DNA of 32,049 bases from contig MEDY01000348.1 in the NCBI GenBank assembly GCA_001724265.1, positions 1 through 32,049 of the forward strand, written 5' to 3'. The notes beneath the pieces were generated by a model, which saw only the letters and a list, made by a program, of their open reading frames with translations, made no database searches and was not told the origin of the DNA. Positions 27,101 to 32,049 of the stretch are shown here, piece after piece (the stretch's first letter is position 1; each line of letters opens with the position of its first letter). The translations under genes were made by a program, and so were the position numbers. Source of the stretch: Rhizaria sp. SCN 62-66. Lineage: Eukaryota.

Positions 27101-29315
27101 CGCGGCGGCCTGCGCGCCGTCGTCGTCGGCCGCGCCGGCGGTGTTCGCCGAGGCGCTGCGGTCCGGCCACGCGACGCCGGCCTACGCCAAGACGGGCGCG
27201 GCCGTGAGCGCGCTGGCCGGCTCGGGCGCTGAGGTCAAGCCGCTGTCGCTGGGCGCGCTGTCGGCCGCGCAGGCGATGCTGCTCTCGCTAGTCGGTGTCG
27301 CTGAAGCCAACTCGGGACACTTCCTCGGCACCTCGATCAAGGCCTTCACGGACGCCGCCTCCACCGCGGCCACCAACCTCCAGCAGCAGCAACAGCAACA
27401 GCACCAGCTGCAGAGTGAGAACGCCGGCTCTAGCGTCGCTTTCGCGCTGTCGGCGATCCACATGCGCGAGTACTCCGTCGTCACGGCTCGCGGCGTCCGC
27501 GCGCTCTGCGACCTGTCGCTCTACGTTCCGCCCAGCTCCGCGCCCGGCTCGCCCGCGCTCGGCCCCGTGTCCGACGCGAGCAGCAGCAACGCCACCGCCG
27601 CCGCCGGCGAGAGCGAGAGTGACGGCGTCATCGTGCACGTCCCGCGCCTCGCGCTCGAGTCCGCGCTGCGCCTCCGCAAGACCGAGCTCGCCAACGTCAA
27701 CGCCAGCGCCGGCAGCAACAGCACCGGCGTGGATCTCGCGCGCGACCCGTGGGGCGGCGTCGAGGTGCTTCCCGCGCTGGCCACGACCGCGGCGCTGGTG
27801 CCCGTGCGCGTGCGGCAGCTCTGGTCTGTGCCGCTGCTGGTCGGCAACGCGCGTTTCCTCTCCGAGGCGCTCGTGCCCGTCGACATTGCCGCCGTGCGCG
27901 CCGTGCTCGCGCTTGAGGCGCAGTGCAAGACGGCCGTGCACGTCGTCCTCGCGGGCCGGTCCCGCGCCGTTGTCGCGCTGGCCGATGCGATCAAGCCCGA
28001 GGCCGCCGCGATGGTCGCCGCCGCGGCCTCGGCCAACATCCCGGTGTGGATGCTCACGGGCGACAACGTGCGCGCCGCCGCCGCCGTGGCCGCGGCCGTG
28101 GGGATCCCGCGCGAGCGCGTGCACGCCGCGCTGTCGCCCGCGCAGAAGCTGCAGCACGTCACGCGCCTGCAGTCCGACGGCTGGGTCGTGGCCTTCGTTG
28201 GCGACGGCATCAACGACTCGCCCGCACTCGCGCAGGCGCAGCTGGGCATTGCGCTGGGCGCCGGCACCGACATCGCGATGGAGGCGGCCGACATGGTGCT
28301 GATGCGCAACGACCTGCGCGACATCCTCACCGCCGTCGACCTCGCGCGCGCCACCATGCGCCGCATCAAGTGGAATTTTGTGTGGGCGCTAGGCTACAAC
28401 ACGCTCTCGATTCCCTTCGCGGCCGGGCTCTTCTTCCCGCTCGTCCGCGTCACGCTGCCGCCCGAGCTCGCCGCGCTGGCCATGGGCTTCTCCTCCGTCT
28501 CGGTTATCGCGTCCTCGCTCTGGCTTAAGCGCTACCAGCGGCCCGACTTCGCCGCCGCCGCCGCCGCCTCTTCCGCGCCGCTGCTGCGCAGCACCAACAT
28601 CTTCTCCGCCGTGGGCCGCTTCTCCAGCAGCGCTCGCGCCGCCGATGATGCCCATAGTCGCGCGCCCGGCAGCGTGCCCACCACGGACCGCGGCGGCGAC
28701 GCTGGCGAGGTGCAGATGTCCGTGCTTTTGCGCGGCGCGGCGGGCGGCGCCGCTGCCGCGGGCCTCGCGGGCCACGAGTCGGACGGCGAGCACCCCGGCG
28801 GCGCCGGCGGCGACCCGGCCTCGCCCTCGGCCGCCGCGGACCCGCAGCACGGCAAGGTTGTCCGCCGCCTCAAAGCCAAGGTCGCAGAGACTGTCTCGGC
28901 GCTGCGCGGGCGGCGCGCCGCGCAGGACGGCGCCAGCGGCGAGCGCATCCTGGGCCGCGGCGTCGAGCGGCTGTCCGAGGACGTGTCCCAGGGCGCGCTT
29001 GACGGCGGCGAGCTCAACGACGCTGCCGTCGCCGCCGACGCCGCCGCGGTTAGCGGCGGCAGCGGCGTCGGGCTCGATGGGCTCGGCGCCGGAGACGGTG
29101 TTGCTGCGGGGGCCGGTGGTGAGGGCTTCATGGGCAAGATCAGGAGCTTCGTCCGCGCCAGTGGTTTCAATGCCAACGGCAACGCCAACAACAGCGGTGG
29201 TAACACCGGCGCTGGTGCTGGCGCTGGAGCCGGTGGCGCGACGAGCTACCGCAAGCACCGCGACGAAGCAGAGGACGAGGCAGGCTTCCCCGTCGATATC
29301 GACATGGGAATCTGA
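21180..29315 (+). CDS. ATP7: Copper-transporting P1B-1 type ATPase (ATP7/CopA/Ccc2-like), 2711 aa, three HMA domains
   Basis: GMNCGGC plus two GMTCGGC HMA motifs; LTGE (A-domain); IACPCALGLATPTA; DKTGT phosphorylation site; MLTGDN; VGDGINDSPALA; YN (WALGYN) and MxxSS (AMGFSSVSV) transmembrane Cu(+) ligands. The symbol denotes the family, not a specific orthologue. Confidence 0.95.
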   Translation: MSSSPGAPPERQPSPSLLTLFDLTPSTTTVAAAVGDSSSSSAAASAITATALAPEVADAAVAPAFAASNAATDTAALLDDIDGWLAGLSAAPAPAPAPAPASSINASAASAKASASRHSGSDAGEPSSSARATADVGDVSGDVTAPAASANHVTDLFDLGVDLDAFAAPAPAPAPAETATVSVPETETETEAKAEAEPENADVEAVAAAAAADAAAAAEAKAEADAKDKAEAEVAALKAAQEAEAAAAAAAAKKAEEDVTAAAEAAAAAAAAEAKAAAGAKAAADARAAEEAAVAAKAAAAAEAARIEAEEEAAAAKAKAEAEAKAAAEAEAAKTEAAIAAKKAEEEAAAVAAAAEAEAAAAKAKSEAEATAKAQAAAEAKAAADAEAEAEAQAKADAEATAKTEANAKAEQEAAAAAAADASSAVEMAAELESGPPTNTAAELAVIAPMPAPVSVAAPADKADASEGESEWESSFAAADPSSSASTTAPSVPAAFPAAPAAVAAPSAFGGFAFAIRPPSAFEAEVSEAAAARAAELDRRLDAAEAEGEASAATLAAAERAAAVAAAEEAARFTRHLLASADLTVTETGKATAAALAAALAKVGGPTPAVASTAVAAQATATATATAAAAVPAASAIASANADSYDSDFGFDEFAFADDGASSNNKSTDNASVSTAAGVSTSAVSTSDVSTAGTRDTSDPLCIPLAVTGMNCGGCVRHLTPHLAAVRGLLPTDTGSSSNNSSSAESKAEDGDGEAYSVIEVNKLTLRIDPALASLATSRALAHHIGDRNSGASDAEARARCMLRYRATVRRRAVAALLANGYGLAASEGAEDPSGALPLDDDAIDTDAYVCEEATVLADTAKPAVAAESATSATVPVPVPAVAVAAAADASPPETTSQSPPAQSEPETDDFAFAADFGPDPTPTPIATATVPQGDPDVSPVPLSFPADTDSGAAATTAPACPRSSYLPGSTPSTAHTAGAAAAPAAPAVTVSVSVSTAASKSSAAAASASASALPAGHRVSQFTVTGMTCGGCVAFLDKSLLALPGVSASSTVLLLSRCDVTHDPAAVSVAAIAAYIKEKGFTAVYVPPPRPAVGASTFRIGGMTCGGCVAFLESSLKDKLPGVTAASVVLLLERAEIKFDTSKLTNKAICAFVKEKGFSATLVSTDTPDDDQAGDRDNGSQEEDDELDDSSLSDGDGDYDDYESANGKSAPAGGDGFDVETGIVSVTSPPSYAAANLPGARRGPHDGDGDRSDNSGVAAYTDQEDPAAAAAARARASAVATANNNNSNNVNSKRHRRSRRRGVPNPTAVVSSAAPSGAPGTAGAHGRPSPLSHRSSPSATSGAAGAETPAAAAARAQAMWLRRLLATLVFSLPVFLLAMIVPLVPAWNAALMTPVAGRFTLMALLLWALATPVQFGTGRHFFKTAYAGVKHGHANMSLLIALGSLAAYTYSAIACVVAILTAAAADSEHGHDGDGSGSSHDSAFGSMREHFFETSSTMITIVVFGQFIEHLAKGKTSEALSKLMTLQSPTATLVTLTPASVPASGSNSSSSSNNGSGSGGGGGGGNASDASLVLVASDSEVAAESLAVGDLVRLVRGSRVPADCRVVDLALIAAARGATLSTSHHHNLSNNNSNSNGNSSRSSNSSSSLSAGGGALGNTHNASSSANSNANSSANTSAMSCYVDEAMLTGEALPVQRRPGDPLIGGTVVTDGVAVAEVCRIGADTTLAQIVRLVQDAQASKAPISAFADRISSVFVPAIVMLALITFAIWLILGSLDAVTETTRGGASPFLWAFMFGVSVIVIACPCALGLATPTAVMVGTGVGAKLGILIKGGAVLETASKVTALVCDKTGTLTVGKPVVTDFAFIHHAPGAGASAAVSSTATPVVASARSPAGSDNDDSDADGDAVGATGGSSTFTTSRATSGDILTGLLVDALFSNNLSSVSANGGAATATNSGVVSFSPLQLTGGGADLAAACAPSSSAAPAVFAEALRSGHATPAYAKTGAAVSALAGSGAEVKPLSLGALSAAQAMLLSLVGVAEANSGHFLGTSIKAFTDAASTAATNLQQQQQQQHQLQSENAGSSVAFALSAIHMREYSVVTARGVRALCDLSLYVPPSSAPGSPALGPVSDASSSNATAAAGESESDGVIVHVPRLALESALRLRKTELANVNASAGSNSTGVDLARDPWGGVEVLPALATTAALVPVRVRQLWSVPLLVGNARFLSEALVPVDIAAVRAVLALEAQCKTAVHVVLAGRSRAVVALADAIKPEAAAMVAAAASANIPVWMLTGDNVRAAAAVAAAVGIPRERVHAALSPAQKLQHVTRLQSDGWVVAFVGDGINDSPALAQAQLGIALGAGTDIAMEAADMVLMRNDLRDILTAVDLARATMRRIKWNFVWALGYNTLSIPFAAGLFFPLVRVTLPPELAALAMGFSSVSVIASSLWLKRYQRPDFAAAAAASSAPLLRSTNIFSAVGRFSSSARAADDAHSRAPGSVPTTDRGGDAGEVQMSVLLRGAAGGAAAAGLAGHESDGEHPGGAGGDPASPSAAADPQHGKVVRRLKAKVAETVSALRGRRAAQDGASGERILGRGVERLSEDVSQGALDGGELNDAAVAADAAAVSGGSGVGLDGLGAGDGVAAGAGGEGFMGKIRSFVRASGFNANGNANNSGGNTGAGAGAGAGGATSYRKHRDEAEDEAGFPVDIDMGI
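21730..22445 (+). repeat. Coding degenerate GCT/GAG/AAG repeat encoding an Ala-Glu-Lys-rich helical segment
   Basis: Repeated gctgaggct / gccaaggct / (gct)n units; translation AEAKAEA...AAAAAKKAEEE. Confidence 0.8.
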
Positions 29316-29610
29316 CGTATAACTTCGTTTAGTCGTTCTCTTGTGTCGTTTTTTTCATGATGCACATGTTTGTGTGAATAAGGGCCTTCTTTTGTTACAG
29401 TAGTGTCTGGGGGTGAAATATGCTTTTTATGTATACTTACGCATGACTTGATCGACTTCCGAAATTGTTAATTATTTTGTTTTCTTTTATTATGCACGTC
29501 TAACCTCTAGTGTCAATACAAGCTTTACATATTTTCCGAAAAGTTACAGACAGACACTTTTTCGGAAAGTTTCGTCAGAAAATGTACGTATTGACGTGAA
29601 TTAACTAGTG

Positions 29611-29627
29611 ACCATCGGTCCGTCGTA
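29611..29627. repeat. Left 17-bp terminal inverted repeat
   Basis: accatcggtccgtcgta is the exact reverse complement of 31792-31808. Confidence 0.8.
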
Positions 29628-30427
29628 TGATGGCGCGCCGACGATTTTCGCTCCGCGCGGGCCAGTCGGAAATTCCCGGAACTTTTCTTTGTCTAACAAA
29701 GACCATTTCGGATCTCTCGAAACATATGTTGAATCGGAGTGAACCGTTTATCCGCTTATTTGAACAATTTTTTCGTCGCGATTGGATATCGTTGCCAAAT
29801 TCTAGACACAGAAATCTAGCCGTTGGGATGCTTGTCAGTTCGAAGACCAAGACGCAATTCTACGCGATATCTGAATGCAGGAGAAGAAATATTACGAGTC
29901 AACGTTGCCGCACATATGCGGAATTGCGCAGGCACTTCCGCTTCCCCCATTCGCAAAGTCCTGAGGCAAACCTGTCGTCTGTTTCTGACCTCCAAGGGCA
30001 TGAGCAACAGTCGACCGAGACCCAAGATAACGTATTGTGGAGTGAGTTATAGAGCTGTAACATTTCAATCAAAACTACTGTTGCGTCGAGATCTTGTGCC
30101 AATTATATAACACACATATATGCATTGACGGAATCTACACGGTTTTATATGACTTTGAGTGGTGTCTAAACTCTTTCGTCTCCTAGGCCCACTCAAGGCT
30201 GATTCCGACCAAGGCAAATACACACTTAATGATCGTCACAGGGGGTATTATTACGCGTAATAGTGTATTAAGTGCTTGTTATTGTACCGTTAATATTTCT
30301 CTTTCTAAGCTCATTGTTTTCACATCTAACTCCTGCCCTCTCTGTCAACTCTCTTTGGGCTCTCCACACTGCTCTCCCTAAAAGGTCATGGCGTTCCCTG
30401 CAGACTGCAATGAGTGCGCACAAAACC

Positions 30428-30940
30428 TTACTTGCGACGTAGAGACTTGTTCCGTGCCTCTTTGAGTTCCGCGTCAGTGATGCCGAGCATATTCCTGAAC
30501 CCCTTGATCACGAAGTGCGCCGCCATGGACTTGAACGCGAAGAGCATCGCCTGCATGCGCGACATCATCTTGGCGGCCGAAACCCCCTTGCGGCGAACAT
30601 CGACTTCGCCCACATCCCTCAAGCAGCCCGCTAGTGCGCAGAGAAAATTATGTTGGCGCAGCCGAGCGCGATATGACTTGATGACGGTGAGGTCGAGTGG
30701 CTGGAGCATGGACGTCCCGTGGGCAGGGACGTAAAGTAGCGTCACGTCGTTGTGATAACACAACTTGCGGAACGACGCCCTGAGGTGGCTGCGTGCGGAG
30801 TCGCAGATCAGCACCATGGCGCAGTTCTTGTAGCGGCCCACAAACGTTGTGTCGCGCAGGAGCTGCACGTGCTCAGTGATGTCTCGCCGGTCGACATTAA
30901 AAAAATATTTATGCCGTGGTGAGCTTTTTGTACACAGTGT
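30428..30940 (-). pseudogene. pogo/Tc5/Fot1-like DDE_1 transposase C-terminal fragment
   Basis: MVLICDSARSH...VTLLYVPAHGTSMLQPLDLTVIKSYRARLR matches the DDE_1 pattern LLILD...SH...LP...TS.LQPLD..V...K; there are 35 residues between the two Asp. The frame is closed upstream by TGA at 30941-30943, and no HTH domain is seen. Confidence 0.85.
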
Positions 30941-31574
30941 TCATGTCTGTTTGGCGCTCGTAGTACTTGAGCCCAGCGTCGATGGCCTTCTTCACCACTG
31001 TGCCGAGAGCCTCCTTCACGGCCTTCGTCGCGTCCGACAGAGTCTCTGGCTTCGCGTCACGCGCGACTTCGGCCGCGGCCGCGGGCGCAGGAAGAACACC
31101 ATCCTCTTCTTCCTCTTCTTCCTCCTCGTCGTCGTCGCGCGCGCGACTCTCGGGCAGACTTTTTGAGCTGTCAATTGTAACTATGTTATTATATTTGTCA
31201 AGCTCGGTAGTCTGCAAACTTTTCTTTGGTGATCATTTCAAGTGCTCTTTTCGTACCCTCTGAGCAAGGTTTTCCTTGAGGTGGCTGCGGCCATCGAAGC
31301 GCTGCAGGCGGCCAATGAACTTTGTTTTCGGGTTAACGCCGTCGTACTTATGCTCGAGGAACTCTTTGATTGCGCGCTGGATGCTGTGAAGTGAAGTAAC
31401 GCAGATGCCATACGCGAATATGATGATGGAAGCTCTGAGGCTAGGGTACTTAGAGTACAGTTCCCCAACCGCATTGCGCTCGCCAGCGTCCCTTATGCGG
31501 GCAACATAGAAACGGATGACCTTCTTGATATCTTTCTGCGCCTTCTTTGGCAGCGCAAGGAAGTTCTCCGCCAT
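30909..31574 (-). pseudogene. Unrecognised ORF inside the transposon (MAENFLALPKK...), interrupted by one in-frame TGA or a 45-nt intron
   Basis: ORFs 31233..31574 and 30909..31217 are in the same frame, separated only by TGA at 31233-31235 and five sense codons. ATG context gccATGg; protein-like composition with an acidic DDDEEEEEEEED tract. Confidence 0.5.
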
Positions 31575-31791
31575 GGCAGTCGGAAACTACCTTGATGGCG
31601 TCGACTTGGGTGGTCTAACTACTGTGGTATAGTTCACAAGTCAGATCGATGAGCTAAGAAGGGCGATAAAATGGCCATACTTCGAATACAATTACAACAA
31701 ATATATTTGTGTTTCAGCCCGTTACAGCGAGAATTCAAGTCGAAAATCGTATTTTCTTGCCAACTTGACTTGAAATCCCTCTAGGCTCCCC

Positions 31792-31808
31792 TACGACGGA
31801 CCGATGGT
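31792..31808. repeat. Right 17-bp terminal inverted repeat
   Basis: tacgacggaccgatggt is the exact reverse complement of 29611-29627. Confidence 0.8.
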
Positions 31809-31970
31809 GTGACGGCCCAATTCGCGACCGCCCTGTGAGCCGGTTGACGCATGATTTGCTTTGACCAGACGTACACATCTTCCGGACGGCAACATGTTAC
31901 CGCCGACATTCTGCATAAAATACCAAGTCTCATAGGCTCCCACTGGGACCAACACCACCCACGGTCGTTT

Positions 31971-31987
31971 CGGGGCGGGTATATAAA
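31971..31987 (+). promoter_or_regulatory. Candidate GC-box plus TATA box (cggggcgggTATATAAA)
   Basis: Consensus TATATAAA at 31980-31987 directly after GGGGCGGG; any target gene would lie beyond the window. Confidence 0.25.
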
Positions 31988-32049
31988 GGTGGCGTTTCCT
32001 GTGAACACAGACTTCTCTTTTCTGTGAAAACAACAATAACAATTTATAA

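Larger units (their letters stand above)
29611..31808 (-). mobile_element. Putative pogo-superfamily (DDE_1) DNA transposon copy, 2198 bp, probably non-autonomous
   Basis: Perfect 17-bp inverted repeat (accatcggtccgtcgta 29611-29627; tacgacggaccgatggt 31792-31808), internal inverted 10-mer (29641-29650 and 31741-31750), GTG on both outer flanks, and an internal DDE_1 transposase fragment. Confidence 0.7.

Noticed and set aside
2171-29315. Functional endosomal gene cluster (FYVE-like, VPS9, ATP7)
   Set aside because: Mixed orientations, an unrelated gene in between, and no shared regulatory motif; adjacency alone is not evidence in a eukaryote.
29533-29608. Helitron 3' end (hairpin plus CTAG)
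   Set aside because: The hairpin is AT-rich and about 37 nt from the CTAG; no Rep/helicase sequence.
29627-30110. Short ORFs on both strands in the left part of the element
   Set aside because: No codon bias or recognisable motif in the frames read.
31233-31235. TGA recoding (alternative genetic code or selenocysteine)
   Set aside because: TGA terminates two host genes here (20348, 29315), no other in-frame TGA occurs in about 25 kb of coding sequence, and no SECIS was recognised.
31782-31941. 9-bp direct repeat taggctccc (31782-31790, 31933-31941) as a target-site duplication
   Set aside because: The enclosed 142 bp lacks its own inverted ends; plausible by chance.

Overview
Eukaryotic genomic DNA, most likely a GC-rich protist (taxon not determinable). 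It has GC-rich coding blocks, AT-rich spacers, GT-AG introns and the standard genetic code. There are five host genes: (1) the 3' part of a mucin-like Pro/Thr-stalk glycoprotein with two SEA/ferredoxin-like repeats; (2) a 4-exon, 477-aa multi-zinc-finger protein with RanBP2-like and FYVE-like fingers, whose three introns all begin GTACGT; (3) a 2702-aa minus-strand VPS9-domain (Rab5-family GEF) protein; (4) a 2116-aa disordered protein with 13 RPx[S/T]A motifs; (5) a 2711-aa ATP7/CopA-type Cu(+) P1B-ATPase with a ~700-aa N-terminal extension, many low-complexity insertions and a non-canonical N-domain (SGHFLG instead of SEHPLG). The right end holds the most striking unannotated structure: a 2198-bp element bounded by perfect 17-bp inverted repeats with a second internal 10-bp inverted box, and flanked by a 3-bp GTG direct repeat. 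It contains a pogo-type (DDE_1, D-35-D) transposase remnant downstream of an unrecognised ORF whose single in-frame stop lies inside a possible 45-nt intron. All domain calls are from manual motif recognition; no searches were run.
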